Notes: a model not told the origin generated them from the letters alone. 64,000 nt of DNA from an uncultured bacterium (GCA_964417925.1 CAYQJV010000002.1:20952-84951); one strand, 5' to 3'; counted from the stretch's first letter, positions 31,159-41,652 are shown. Numbers and translations are program-made.

Positions 31159-32057
31159 AAAAATATATGGTGTTTGTTTTACTGCCTTTATTGTTTTTCG
31201 TTTTCTGCGGAAGAGGAGAGGATGATAGAGCAATCCTTGAAGATCTCCTTGAGAGTTCATTCTTTGCATCGGATCTTGTAATGGGAGGATTGGATGATGA
31301 AACTGTAAATCCATATAGAGTTATGTTTCTGCAGGATACCTTTCCTGAGATAAAATGGGCAAGAAAGATCGATAGTATTAAGAGACACTGGGAAATAGAT
31401 ATAATAGGAGACTCTGCCTATGCCGTGGTAGATGCTGAGTATATCATTGGGAATCTTTACGTAAAAGATCTTAATGATTCCCTTTGGGAAAAACCAATAA
31501 GCGATACTGCACATAGAGAAATTATATTTAAAAAGATAGATGGAAGATGGAGATTCTATGCAATAACTCCTATTGAGGTGTGGACAAAAGAAAAGAAAGA
31601 TTACATTAAAATAGAGAAGATAGAAATAACTGCAAAACCTTCGGGAAACCATTTTGAGATAAGTTCTCCTACACACTTCTATACAAGGGATTCTATTTTC
31701 TGGTTTGAACCAGGAGATACAGTACATGTAAAGGTTACAGTTGTAGTGTCAGAAGGTGATTCTTGTTGGGCATTTTTACACCATGGAAGAGGATACAGAA
31801 GAGGAGTGGGAAAACACCATAGAGAACCATTTTACAGGACTTCTGTTGAAGGTAATACTTATGTATTTGAAAGAGATTGGTATATCTCAGATGATGTGGA
31901 AACCTATGAAAGACCGGTTGTGAGGCACGGTGCTGTGGATATCCTTGCTGGTTCAACTCTATACGGAGATTCTACTTATTCTTATATTGCTCATGCCTAT
32001 GCAATGCCTTATATAATACGTAGAGCAGACGAAGAACTTACTGAAGATAAAGAATAA
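31155..32057 (+). CDS. Uncharacterised lipoprotein
   Basis: Lipobox FVFC after a hydrophobic stretch; 300-aa ORF overlapping the upstream stop. Confidence 0.65.
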   Translation: MKKYMVFVLLPLLFFVFCGRGEDDRAILEDLLESSFFASDLVMGGLDDETVNPYRVMFLQDTFPEIKWARKIDSIKRHWEIDIIGDSAYAVVDAEYIIGNLYVKDLNDSLWEKPISDTAHREIIFKKIDGRWRFYAITPIEVWTKEKKDYIKIEKIEITAKPSGNHFEISSPTHFYTRDSIFWFEPGDTVHVKVTVVVSEGDSCWAFLHHGRGYRRGVGKHHREPFYRTSVEGNTYVFERDWYISDDVETYERPVVRHGAVDILAGSTLYGDSTYSYIAHAYAMPYIIRRADEELTEDKE

Positions 32058-32066
32058 TATAAAGAT

Positions 32067-32091
32067 GAAGGGGGGATTTTATCCCCCCTTC
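32067..32091 (+). terminator. GC-rich hairpin after the ECF operon
   Basis: GAAGGGGGGAT-TTT-ATCCCCCCTTC perfect 11-bp stem; weak U tract. Confidence 0.65.
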
Positions 32092-32133
32092 TACCTTGTG
32101 TGAAATAAATTCTCCTGAATAACATATTTTAAT

Positions 32134-32161
32134 TTGACAAAAAGAGTTTTATAAGTAAAAT
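32134..32161 (+). promoter_or_regulatory. Sigma70 promoter TTGACA-16-TAAAAT (rpsT)
   Basis: Hexamers upstream of rpsT with AAGGAGGT SD. Confidence 0.75.
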
Positions 32162-32202
32162 AAAATTAAAAAATTTTAATCTCGAATTGAAAAAGGAGGT
32201 AT

Positions 32203-32469
32203 ATGGCAAAGAAATCATTAAGTGTTAAAAAAAACATAAGGCAATCAGAGAAAAGGAGAAGGATTAATAAAGCTAAAAAAAGTAGGCTTAAAACAATGAT
32301 AAAAAAGTTCATTGCTGCAGATGAAAAAACAAGAGAGAAAATGTATCCTGAAATTCAGAGTTTGATAGACAAGGCAGCAAAGGATAATTTAATACATAAA
32401 AATAAGGCTGCAAGATTGAAGTCAAAACTTTCAAAACTCCTTCAGGGGAATAAAGTAAAAGCAGCTTGA
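32203..32469 (+). CDS. rpsT: 30S ribosomal protein S20
   Basis: KSLSVKKNIRQSEKRR.INK..KS, IHKNKAARLKSKL. Confidence 0.96.
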   Translation: MAKKSLSVKKNIRQSEKRRRINKAKKSRLKTMIKKFIAADEKTREKMYPEIQSLIDKAAKDNLIHKNKAARLKSKLSKLLQGNKVKAA

Positions 32470-32493
32470 AATTTCAAAAATATTACATTTAAC

Positions 32494-32521
32494 TTGACAT
32501 AGAAATATTTATTTTTATACT
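32494..32521 (+). promoter_or_regulatory. Sigma70 promoter TTGACA-16-TATACT (cmk operon)
   Basis: Hexamers upstream of cmk. Confidence 0.75.
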
Positions 32522-32574
32522 TAACTTAATATGAAAATTTTTCTAAAAATAAAAAAGGAGGTAAATATTGATAG

Positions 32575-33252
32575 ATGAGATTTGTAATAGCTATTGATGG
32601 AACGTCTTCTTCAGGTAAGACTACTACAGCAAAACTTTTAGCAAAAAGATTAAAAATTAAATATATAGATACAGGGGCAATGTACCGGTGTGTTACTTTA
32701 GATTTGTTGAAAAATAATATACCCCTTGATAATGATGATGTAATAAAAGAAAGACTTAAAAATATAGATATTCACTTTGATTTTTCATCATCTTGCAATA
32801 CAAGGGTATTTTTGAATGGTGAAGATGTAACAGAGGAAATAAGAACCCCTCAAGTTGATAAATTTGTATCTGTGGTTTCTGAGAAGTCTTTTGTTAGAAA
32901 AGTGCTGGTAGAAATGCAGAGAAAAATGGCCGAAGATGAAGTAGTGGTATGTGAAGGTAGAGACATTGGTACTGTGGTTTTTCCTGACGCTGATCTTAAG
33001 ATATTTATGATTGCAGATATAGAGGAAAGAGCAAAAAGAAGATACAAAGAGTTGAAAGAAAAAGGTATAGAGGTTTCCTTAGAGGAAGTGAAAAAGAATT
33101 TACAGGAGAGAGATAGAATAGATAGTAGCAGAAAGTGTTCCCCTTTGAAAAAAGCCGAGGATGCCTTTCTTTTGGATACTACATACCTTACTATACAAGA
33201 GCAAGTTGAGATTATAGAAAATCTTATACGAAAGAAAATGCAGGAGAGATGA
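32575..33252 (+). CDS. cmk: Cytidylate kinase
   Basis: IAIDGTSSSGKTT, DTGAMYR, EGRDIGTVVFPDA, RDRID. Confidence 0.96.
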   Translation: MRFVIAIDGTSSSGKTTTAKLLAKRLKIKYIDTGAMYRCVTLDLLKNNIPLDNDDVIKERLKNIDIHFDFSSSCNTRVFLNGEDVTEEIRTPQVDKFVSVVSEKSFVRKVLVEMQRKMAEDEVVVCEGRDIGTVVFPDADLKIFMIADIEERAKRRYKELKEKGIEVSLEEVKKNLQERDRIDSSRKCSPLKKAEDAFLLDTTYLTIQEQVEIIENLIRKKMQER

Positions 33253-33851
33253 AGTGGAGATGGCTTATAAGTTGGCATCTTACATATCCTCTTGTAAAAT
33301 GTTTATTTCATCTCAAAGTAGAAGGGAGGGAAAATATTCCTGAAAAAGGTGCAATAATAATTGCTCCAAACCATCTTTCCAATCTTGATCCTCCGATGGT
33401 GGGTTATGCTGCAAAGAGAGAACTTTTCTATCTGGCAAAGGAAGGACTGTTTGTAGTTTCAAAGCCTTTTGAATGGCTTATAAGAACTTTTAATGCAATT
33501 CCTATAAAAAGAGAAGGATTTGATATAAAAGTTTTTAGAGAGGTTGACAGATTAATAAAAAGAGGGCAGGCAATAGTTATTTTTCCAGAAGGAACAAGGA
33601 GTAAGTCAGGTCAACTTTTACCTTTTAAACCTGGTGTAGGTATGATCGCTGCAAGGTATGGAATACCTGTAGTGCCATGTTATATTGAAAATACGAATAA
33701 ACCCATATGGAAGATCTTAACGGGTAAGAATCCTATTATAATAAAATTTGGCAAGCCCATAGAATGTGATAAAAAAAAGGATAAAAATTATTATGAATAT
33801 ATTACCAAATTAATAGAAAGTGAAGTAAAAAAACTAAAAGAAAGGAGGTAA
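33249..33851 (+). CDS. plsC: 1-acyl-sn-glycerol-3-phosphate acyltransferase
   Basis: NHLSNLD, FPEGTRS, PVVP. Confidence 0.9.
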   Translation: MKWRWLISWHLTYPLVKCLFHLKVEGRENIPEKGAIIIAPNHLSNLDPPMVGYAAKRELFYLAKEGLFVVSKPFEWLIRTFNAIPIKREGFDIKVFREVDRLIKRGQAIVIFPEGTRSKSGQLLPFKPGVGMIAARYGIPVVPCYIENTNKPIWKILTGKNPIIIKFGKPIECDKKKDKNYYEYITKLIESEVKKLKERR

Positions 33852-33857
33852 AAGGGA

Positions 33858-35528
33858 ATGGAAGAAAAAGTGGTAAATAAAGTGAGCGAAGACGATCTTG
33901 AAAAGTATATAGAGGAGACCTTCAAGACCTTTTCTCCAGGTGAAATAGTGAAAGGGAAGATAGTGCGAAGGGTTGGTAACAATGTGCTGGTAGATATAGG
34001 ATGGAAAGCAGAAGGAATAATACCTGTGGATGAATTTTCCGATGAATCTGAGATAGAAGAGGGAAAAGAAATAATGGTTTATTTAGAATCAGAGGAAAGT
34101 AAGGAAGGCGTACCGGTTATTTCAAAAAAGAAAGCAGATTTTCAACTTGCGTGGTCTACTATAAAAGAGAAACTGGAGACCGGTGAAGGGTGTAAAGCAA
34201 GAGTAAAAAAGAGGGTAAAAGGTGGATTGATGGTTGAAGTGTTTGGATTAGATGCTTTTCTTCCGGGTTCTCAAGTGGATATAAAACCGGTTACCAACTT
34301 TGATGAATATGTGGGTAAGGAGATAGAGGTTAAGATAATAAAAGTAAACTGGAGTAAACGTAATATTGTAGTCTCCAGAAGAATGCTTCTTGAAGAAGAA
34401 TTGGAGAAGAAAAAGAGAGAATTTTTTGCTAAGGCCAAGGAAGGAGACATTGTTGAAGGTACGGTAAAAAATATTGTGAACTTTGGGGCATTTATTGATC
34501 TTGGCGGTGTAGATGCTTTGCTTCATATAACTGACATATCTTGGAAGAAGATATATCATCCTGCTGAAGTTTTAAAGGTAGGTGACAGAATAAAGGTAAA
34601 GATTCTTTCAATAAACAAGGAGACCGGAAGAATTACAGTAGGATTAAAACAACTTGAAGCTCATCCATGGGAAGACATAGAAAAGAAGTATCCAATAGGT
34701 AGCAGGGTTAAAGGAAGAGTCACCGGATTCACAGACAATGGAGCTTTTGTTGAACTTGAAAAGGGTGTGGAGGGTATGATTCATATAAATGAAATGTCAT
34801 GGACAAAGAATATTACGCATCCTGCACAGGTTCTTAGAATAGGTGATGTAGTGGAAACCGTAGTTCTTAGTGTGGATAAAGATGAAAGGAAAATTTCTCT
34901 TGGATTGAAACAAACCATGCCAGATCCATGGGCAGTGGTGGATGAGAAGTACAAAGTTAATCAAATTGTAAAAGGAGTAGTCACAGAACTACGTAGTTTT
35001 GGTGCTTTTGTTGAGCTTGAGGATGGAATAGAGGGATTGATAAAGAATCAGGATCTTTCATGGACAAAGAAGATAAAACATCCGAGAGAGGTTCTAAGAA
35101 AAGGACAGACTGTAGAGGCTATGATACTTGCAATTGACAAAACAAATAGGAGAATATCGCTTTCCCTTAAACATACCCAAGAGGATCCTTTCTATAAATG
35201 GACTAAATCGCACAAACCAGGGGATGCGGTTAAAGGAAGGATAATAGATATGCCATCAAGCGGATTAGTAGTGGAATTGGAAAATGAACTTGAAGGATTT
35301 GTACCCGTAAGAGAATTAAAAATAAAAGGAAAGATAAAAGACCACTACAGACTCGGAGAGACGATTGATCTTGTGGTGAAAAAAATAGATGAACGAGTGA
35401 GAAGAATAATACTTTCTGAAAAGGGTTATGAGAAAATGAAGGAGGAGAGGGAAAGGGAAATCTTTATGGTTGAAAAAGCACCTGAAAAATTTACAGTGAA
35501 GGATATTCTGGAAAAGAAAAAAAAGTGA
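33858..35528 (+). CDS. rpsA: 30S ribosomal protein S1
   Basis: Six S1 repeats (AFLPGSQ, FGAFIDLGGVDALLH, GAFVELE); cmk-plsC-rpsA synteny. Confidence 0.96.
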   Translation: MEEKVVNKVSEDDLEKYIEETFKTFSPGEIVKGKIVRRVGNNVLVDIGWKAEGIIPVDEFSDESEIEEGKEIMVYLESEESKEGVPVISKKKADFQLAWSTIKEKLETGEGCKARVKKRVKGGLMVEVFGLDAFLPGSQVDIKPVTNFDEYVGKEIEVKIIKVNWSKRNIVVSRRMLLEEELEKKKREFFAKAKEGDIVEGTVKNIVNFGAFIDLGGVDALLHITDISWKKIYHPAEVLKVGDRIKVKILSINKETGRITVGLKQLEAHPWEDIEKKYPIGSRVKGRVTGFTDNGAFVELEKGVEGMIHINEMSWTKNITHPAQVLRIGDVVETVVLSVDKDERKISLGLKQTMPDPWAVVDEKYKVNQIVKGVVTELRSFGAFVELEDGIEGLIKNQDLSWTKKIKHPREVLRKGQTVEAMILAIDKTNRRISLSLKHTQEDPFYKWTKSHKPGDAVKGRIIDMPSSGLVVELENELEGFVPVRELKIKGKIKDHYRLGETIDLVVKKIDERVRRIILSEKGYEKMKEEREREIFMVEKAPEKFTVKDILEKKKK

Positions 35529-36703
35529 AGGCCTCGGTTATCACCATAGGATGTAAACTCAATCAGGCTGAATCAGAGTATATAAAGGGTTATCTTTATA
35601 AAAAGGGATATGAAATAGTTGATTTAAATGGGGATCCAGATCTCTGTATAATAAATACGTGCACTGTGACTCATAAAGCAGATAGGTCCTCTGTTGCAAT
35701 GATAAGAAAAGTAAAAAGGAAAATTCCGAATGCCAAGATTATTGTTACAGGTTGTATGGTAAAAACTAAGGCAGAGGTAATTTCCAGAATAGGTGGGGTT
35801 GAGATTTTGCCATTTGAAAAAAGGACATACATAATGGACGATTTCCCCTTTTCCTCAAGAAAAAGGATTTTCATAAAAGTTCAGGATGGATGTGATAGGA
35901 AATGTAGTTATTGTGTGGTTTCACGAATAAGAGATAGACTTTACTCTAAACCTATTGAGGAGATAAAAAAAGAGATTGATTATGCAAAGAATAAAGGATT
36001 TGCAGAAGTTGTTATTGTAGGGCTAAACATAGGATTATGGGGAAAAGAACATGGGGAAAGATTTACAACTCTTTTAAAAATGCTTGCAGAGATAGATTAT
36101 CCAAGGATAAGATTGACTTCTATTGAACCAGATATCCTTACAGATGATATGTTAAGAATCCTTGCTGATTCGCATATATGTAGGTATTTGCATATCCCTG
36201 TGCAACATGCCGATGATAAAATTTTAAAAGAAATGGGAAGAAAGTATTCTAAAAAGGAACTGTTTTTGCTGTTTGAAAAAATTACAAAATACCTTCCTTG
36301 TTGGAATATCGGAGCAGATGTTATCGTGGGTTTTCCTGGGGAGAACGAAAAACAGTTTGAAGATCTATGCCATGCTATTGAAGATTCTCCTATAACTCAT
36401 CTTCATGTTTTCAGTTATTCTGATAGACCCGGGGTTCCTTCCACTGATATTTATCCGAAGGTGTCTTTTCAAACTATAAAGGAAAGAAACCTTGTGTTAA
36501 GAGATATAGGAGAAAGAAAGTCTTTCCAGTACAGAAAAACATTTAAAGGCAAGATTCTTCAAGCTGTAGATGTAGGAACACAGAGGGCTCTTACGGATAA
36601 TTACATTCATGTTTTTATTCCTAAAACAGGAAAAGGAATATTCCCCGTAAGAATAACAGAGGTATCTTTAAAAAACACTAAAGGAGAGTTGGTTGATTCT
36701 TGA
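35525..36703 (+). CDS. mtaB: tRNA methylthiotransferase, MtaB-like
   Basis: GCKLNQAES, INTCTVT, VTGC, KVQDGCDRKCSYC, IVGFPGE. Confidence 0.85.
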   Translation: MKASVITIGCKLNQAESEYIKGYLYKKGYEIVDLNGDPDLCIINTCTVTHKADRSSVAMIRKVKRKIPNAKIIVTGCMVKTKAEVISRIGGVEILPFEKRTYIMDDFPFSSRKRIFIKVQDGCDRKCSYCVVSRIRDRLYSKPIEEIKKEIDYAKNKGFAEVVIVGLNIGLWGKEHGERFTTLLKMLAEIDYPRIRLTSIEPDILTDDMLRILADSHICRYLHIPVQHADDKILKEMGRKYSKKELFLLFEKITKYLPCWNIGADVIVGFPGENEKQFEDLCHAIEDSPITHLHVFSYSDRPGVPSTDIYPKVSFQTIKERNLVLRDIGERKSFQYRKTFKGKILQAVDVGTQRALTDNYIHVFIPKTGKGIFPVRITEVSLKNTKGELVDS

Positions 36704-37713
36704 AAAAGGATATAAAGACCCTTACATATCCTGAACTAAAAAAAGAAATTCTATCCATGGGATTGGAGCCATATCGAGCTTGGCAAGTGGCGAGATGGGT
36801 GTGGCATAAAGGAGTTGTTTCTTTTGAAGTGATGACGGATTTAAAAAAGGCACTGAGAGAGAAATTAAGGGAAAAATATGAAATTTCAACTCTTGAGCTG
36901 ACAAAGAAGGTGGAAACACGAGATGCAGTGAAGTTAAGATTCAGATTAAAGGATGGACATGAGATAGAAAGTGTTTACATGATAGAAGGTGAAAGAAGAA
37001 CGGTATGTGTATCCACTCAAGTAGGATGTGCCTTAGGCTGTAGATTTTGCAGAACGGGTTATTATGGATTTGTAAGGAATCTCAAGTTTTATGAAATTGT
37101 TTCTCAAGTGCTTGAGATATCAAAAATGTTCGGAAGACCTACAAATGTTGTTTATATGGGGATGGGAGAACCTTTTTTAAACTACGATGAAGTGGTTGAA
37201 TCTATAAAGCTTCTGAATGCTCCTTATGCTCTTAACATTGGGGCAAGAAAGATAACCGTTTCTACTGTAGGAATAATAGAAGGAATAGAGAGACTCATAG
37301 AGTTTCCATTGCAGATTAGACTTGCAGTTTCTCTAAATGCGTCTAATCAGAAGACCAGAAGTTTTTTAATGCCAATTGCAAAAAAATATCCTCTTGGAAA
37401 ATTATTAAACGCAGTTAAAAGATATACTGAGATAAAGAAAAAAAGAGTTACCTTTGAATATGTGTTAATAAAGGGAATAAACGATTCTTTAAAAGATGCA
37501 GAAAATCTTGTGAAACTTTTAAAGGACATTCCCTGTAAAATAAATTTAATTCCATACAATCCCTTTCCTGAATCTCCCTTTGAGGCCCCTTCACCCAAAA
37601 GGGTAGAGGCTTTTCAAAAAGTTTTATTGAAAAACTATTTTACTGCCATTGTTCGAAAAAGTAAGGGAGGAGATATTCTTGCAGGATGCGGACAACTGGC
37701 ATTGGAACATTGA
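36700..37713 (+). CDS. rlmN: 23S rRNA/tRNA m2A methyltransferase
   Basis: CVSTQVGCALGCRFC, GMGEP, FEYVLI, NLIPYN, AGCGQL. Confidence 0.95.
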   Translation: MKKDIKTLTYPELKKEILSMGLEPYRAWQVARWVWHKGVVSFEVMTDLKKALREKLREKYEISTLELTKKVETRDAVKLRFRLKDGHEIESVYMIEGERRTVCVSTQVGCALGCRFCRTGYYGFVRNLKFYEIVSQVLEISKMFGRPTNVVYMGMGEPFLNYDEVVESIKLLNAPYALNIGARKITVSTVGIIEGIERLIEFPLQIRLAVSLNASNQKTRSFLMPIAKKYPLGKLLNAVKRYTEIKKKRVTFEYVLIKGINDSLKDAENLVKLLKDIPCKINLIPYNPFPESPFEAPSPKRVEAFQKVLLKNYFTAIVRKSKGGDILAGCGQLALEH

Positions 37714-37715
37714 AA

Positions 37716-38237
37716 TTATATTTTTACTATCTTTGCCTTCCACTGCGTTGTGTCCAAGATCGCAACAGTAGGAGGATTATTATCTTTTGGTAAAGATGGG
37801 CTTCCTGGATTTATAAAAGTAACATTGTGTTTTTCTTCTATTAGAGGGATGTGAGAATGCCCACATATTACAACATCTGGTTTAATGCTTTTTACAATAC
37901 TTTCAAGTTCTTTTTCTTTATGACCGTGCATTGCAAGGATGCTTTTTCCATTGATATACAAAAACAATTTTTCACCGAGTAATGGAAAACTGAGTACCGT
38001 TTCATCTACTTCACTATCACAGTTTCCTTTTATCCACATGATTCTATAAGGTGAATTATTCAGAGATTCTACCAGTTTGGCAGGAGCATACCCTTGAGGA
38101 ATCGGATTTCTGGGACCATGATTTAAGATATCCCCTGCGTGAATGATAAAAGAAATTTTTTCATCTTTAAAGACCTTTAATGCTTTTTCCCATCCGGGGA
38201 ATGCTCCATGAGTATCGCTAATTATTCCTATTTTCAT
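37716..38237 (-). CDS. YfcE-like metallophosphodiesterase
   Basis: SDTHG, HAGD, GNCD, HGH, GHSH, NPGS. Confidence 0.92.
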   Translation of the reverse strand: MKIGIISDTHGAFPGWEKALKVFKDEKISFIIHAGDILNHGPRNPIPQGYAPAKLVESLNNSPYRIMWIKGNCDSEVDETVLSFPLLGEKLFLYINGKSILAMHGHKEKELESIVKSIKPDVVICGHSHIPLIEEKHNVTFINPGSPSLPKDNNPPTVAILDTTQWKAKIVKI

Positions 38238-38243
38238 AATGTT

Positions 38244-38272
38244 ATTTTATACATGATTCAAAAAGATGTCAA
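38244..38272 (-). promoter_or_regulatory. Sigma70 promoter TTGACA-17-TAAAAT, leaderless start
   Basis: ATG 6 nt downstream; MITE end 5 bp upstream of the -35. Confidence 0.8.
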
Positions 38273-38277
38273 CTTAT

Positions 38278-38541
38278 TGTAGAATTCCATAACATTTTGG
38301 CCACGAGGGGTTATTCTTTACCCATCCGTTCAAAAATCTATCAAACTCCTTCCCATTATCGGTCTGTCCCACTCCTTATCTTAAAAGGCACAACTTGCAT
38401 AAACTTCTCCATAAAATCTCTTGTACTTTATCTGCTCCTCTTTGTTTTTGGCGTCCGAGATAAAAAAACCAGCCCTTTGCCTTTGTCCATAAATTTACCT
38501 TTTTTCAAGATACCAATCCAATACCTTTTTGAAATTCTTCA
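38278..38541. mobile_element. IS481-like MITE copy 1 (264 bp)
   Basis: Near-identical to 41694..41956 and 50532..50978; imperfect TIRs TGTAGAATTCCA / TGAAGAATTTCA; minus strand encodes an rve-core remnant PFKIRS.QTDNGKEF. Confidence 0.85.
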
Positions 38542-38990
38542 GTAATTCCAAAACTCTTCGGTAAAGTGCTTAAAAAGGAGACAACAAGGGAAAAAGGATG
38601 GATATGGGATGAGGAGTCATTTTTCAGGGAAGTGGAGGAGAAAATCAAAGATGAGGAGATAAAGAATGTGATAAGAAGGTTGTATAAATTTGCCAAAAAA
38701 GGAAAGCTCTGATCCTCCCTTTCCTTTGCAACCATCGGTAGATGCAAGATTTACCTTCTATGTAAAAAGAGACTTCTGCCTTTTCAGAATAATGGTCTAT
38801 GGAAGCATTTATTTTTATGCACTGGGATTTCAGGCCGGAAAACTTAGAAAAATGCTTAATGAAATAGGTTTTGAAACTGAGGAAAAATGGAACGAAAAAG
38901 AAATCGGTCTTGACATATTTAAAGGGAAAAGTGTCTCTTGATGATTTCATAAATGTGGAGAAAAGATATAAGGAGGAGATGAGCATCTCT
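38542..38990 (+). pseudogene. 5'-truncated, frameshifted gene fragment
   Basis: Frame opens exactly at the MITE end (VIPKLFG...WDEESFFREVEEK...) and continues in another frame after the A-run near 38700; no start codon. Confidence 0.55.
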
Positions 38991-39040
38991 TGAAGGCATC
39001 CTATAGGGTTTCTTAAAGGCTTCGATGGATTTTAAAACTG

Positions 39041-39599
39041 AGACTGTTCGAAAAATCCTTTTATCCGATATTTTTCTCTCATAAAACCCAACTCACAACC
39101 CTCCAGCAACAGAAGATAGTAGAAACCACACAGAAGAAAAATAAAGAGAATATGCAAATTATACAATACAAAACCCCAATGCCATCTTCTCTGCTATCCC
39201 CTTATCTTCATAACCTCTATACTATCATAACACTTATCCGCCACCAAAACACCACCTATATTAACCTTCTTTATAAATTTTAAGGCATCCAATAACAACT
39301 TTACTTCACTTGCATACGGACCTCCAGAAGAAGCATCAACAATAACTCTTCTACCATCCGAAGTAAAAATTATAACAACACCCACCTTCCCCTGAGATTT
39401 TATGTTTCTTATCACCATGCTCCTGAAAAACTTTATTGGGTATATGTCATTATAATCTATATCATAATATATTGAGAGGAATGGGAGAGATGAAAATACT
39501 CATGAAGCTTTTCTAAAACTTCCCGATAGGACAATCCCCTTAAGACTTTATAAATATGCAAAAATTCCCCCAATGCAACTCTTATTTTTCGAACAGTCT
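39041..39599. mobile_element. IS5/IS4-superfamily non-autonomous remnant (559 bp)
   Basis: Perfect 16-bp TIR AGACTGTTCGAAAAAT; minus-strand transposase fragments including LVADKCYDS (DDE-type ADKGYDS motif); related to 53712..54035. Confidence 0.8.
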
Positions 39600-39611
39600 T
39601 CCTGCATTTTC

Positions 39612-39639
39612 TTGACACCACCGAGTTATAATGTATAAT
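39612..39639 (+). promoter_or_regulatory. Sigma70 promoter TTGACA-16-TATAAT
   Basis: Perfect hexamers upstream of V-ATPase subunit K. Confidence 0.8.
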
Positions 39640-39685
39640 AAAGAACTCCATGACTGATCAAAATAAATGTAAAAAGGAGGTGTAA

Positions 39686-40168
<483 letters not shown>

Positions 40169-40183
40169 ATCAAAGAGGAAAAA

Positions 40184-40714
40184 ATGGGAATAGAAAAAAT
40201 AATAGAAAAAATAAAAATAGATGCTGAAAATAAAATTAAAGAAATTGAGGAGTCCTATCGGAAAAAATATGAAGAAAATAAAAGAAAGTACGAAGAAATA
40301 ATTGCAGAGAAAAGAAAAAGTATTGAAAGAATGTGTAAAGAAAAAGAACAAGAAATCCTCAAGAATACAGAGATAAACGCAAAAATCAAGGCAAAACTTG
40401 ATATATTGAATGTAAAGCATAAAATAATCCAACAACTTATTGCCAATGTCATCAATCAATTCATAGCATCAGAAAGGTATAGAGAAATAATCATTGAAAT
40501 TGCCAAAAAATACGGTAATGAAGGAGAAATCATATCAGGACAAAGAGAGAAAGAATTTCTTAAATCTGCAGGAATTAATGCCTTTCAAAATGATGAAATT
40601 AAAGGAATAATTATTAAAAAGGGTAAATCATCCTATAATTTTACCATTGATTCTGCGTTAAGTACCTTAGAAGAAGATTTGAAATATGAGATAGGAAAAA
40701 TTCTTTTTGATTAA
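40184..40714 (+). CDS. V/A-type ATPase subunit E
   Basis: MGIEKIIEKI start, charged coiled coil, GIII..G...NFT and EIGKILF C-terminus; follows subunit K. Confidence 0.75.
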   Translation: MGIEKIIEKIKIDAENKIKEIEESYRKKYEENKRKYEEIIAEKRKSIERMCKEKEQEILKNTEINAKIKAKLDILNVKHKIIQQLIANVINQFIASERYREIIIEIAKKYGNEGEIISGQREKEFLKSAGINAFQNDEIKGIIIKKGKSSYNFTIDSALSTLEEDLKYEIGKILFD

Positions 40715-41652
40715 TCCTCTTCCTCTAACTCAGGGAAATCTTCCCGGGGCATTATTTTCACAGATTCTTTTTCTCTTATCTCTACTCCATTTTTTATTTC
40801 CTGAAGATTTATCAAGCCTTCTCTTAAATACTTTTTAAATTTTTTTTCATCAATTGTAACAATTCTATCCCATAACCCTATCTTTTTAAGAAAAGGAGCA
40901 AGGAGTTCAAGATTAAATTTATAAATTACATTTTTTAATATTCTTGCAACTCCTATTCTGGTAATTACTTTTTCTTCTCCTTTTTCTTTTAATTTTTCTA
41001 AAACAATTTTCTTAAGCTCTTCCATTCTTTTCTCAATCTTCTGTCTCTGGCTTCTTAAATCAAGGTATTCTTTTATAGTTTCTTCTAATCCTTTATCTAA
41101 GTATGGAAGAGATTCAAACTCAGGAGGTTCATATCCCTCCAATCTTATATACACAAAATTTCTACTTGCAATGAAATCTGCAATATGAAGTACCCATTGC
41201 TCCCTCGTCTTAGGCATTCTTACGGGTTCTATACCCCATCTTCCTTGATGGGTCTCAATTACATCCATAATTTCATCAAAATATGGGGTAAGATGGGATA
41301 TTTTTTTAAGATGTATTCTTGGATAAAAGGGATGTTCCTTATCTCCATGTCCTTCATCTTTTACTCCATGTTTATAGGAATCGTGAAGTATAGCAGCTGC
41401 TCTCACAATATCTAATCTTTCATTTTTTAAAAGAAAAACTTTTGCAAGTTCCTCTACAAGATAAAAAACCCTTAAAGTATGAAGTACCAATCCCCCTTCT
41501 CCAAGCGTATCCAAAGGATGGAACCTTCCAGAAGCAGAGGCAGGAATACGCCAAAAATAATCAGGTATGATTTTAAGCGCCTCTTCTACAAATCTTCTTA
41601 TAGTAGGCTCCTGTATTTTATTTATCTCTTTTGAAAAATCATATCTCTCCAT
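40711..41652 (-). CDS. HD-domain phosphohydrolase fused to a coiled-coil C-terminal domain
   Basis: YFWRIPASASGRFHP, LHT, ILHDSYK, THQGRW, LHIADFIASR, then about 140 extra residues. Confidence 0.8.
   Translation of the reverse strand: MERYDFSKEINKIQEPTIRRFVEEALKIIPDYFWRIPASASGRFHPLDTLGEGGLVLHTLRVFYLVEELAKVFLLKNERLDIVRAAAILHDSYKHGVKDEGHGDKEHPFYPRIHLKKISHLTPYFDEIMDVIETHQGRWGIEPVRMPKTREQWVLHIADFIASRNFVYIRLEGYEPPEFESLPYLDKGLEETIKEYLDLRSQRQKIEKRMEELKKIVLEKLKEKGEEKVITRIGVARILKNVIYKFNLELLAPFLKKIGLWDRIVTIDEKKFKKYLREGLINLQEIKNGVEIREKESVKIMPREDFPELEEED

Noticed and set aside
32531-32578. 15-codon uORF MKIFLKIKKEVNIDR overlapping the cmk start
   Set aside because: Short ORFs arise readily in AT-rich leaders, and cmk has its own SD; no further support.
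39457-39651. 64-aa minus-strand ORF as an independent gene
   Set aside because: It starts outside the element's TIR, and its only meaningful part is the IS5-like transposase N-terminal remnant.
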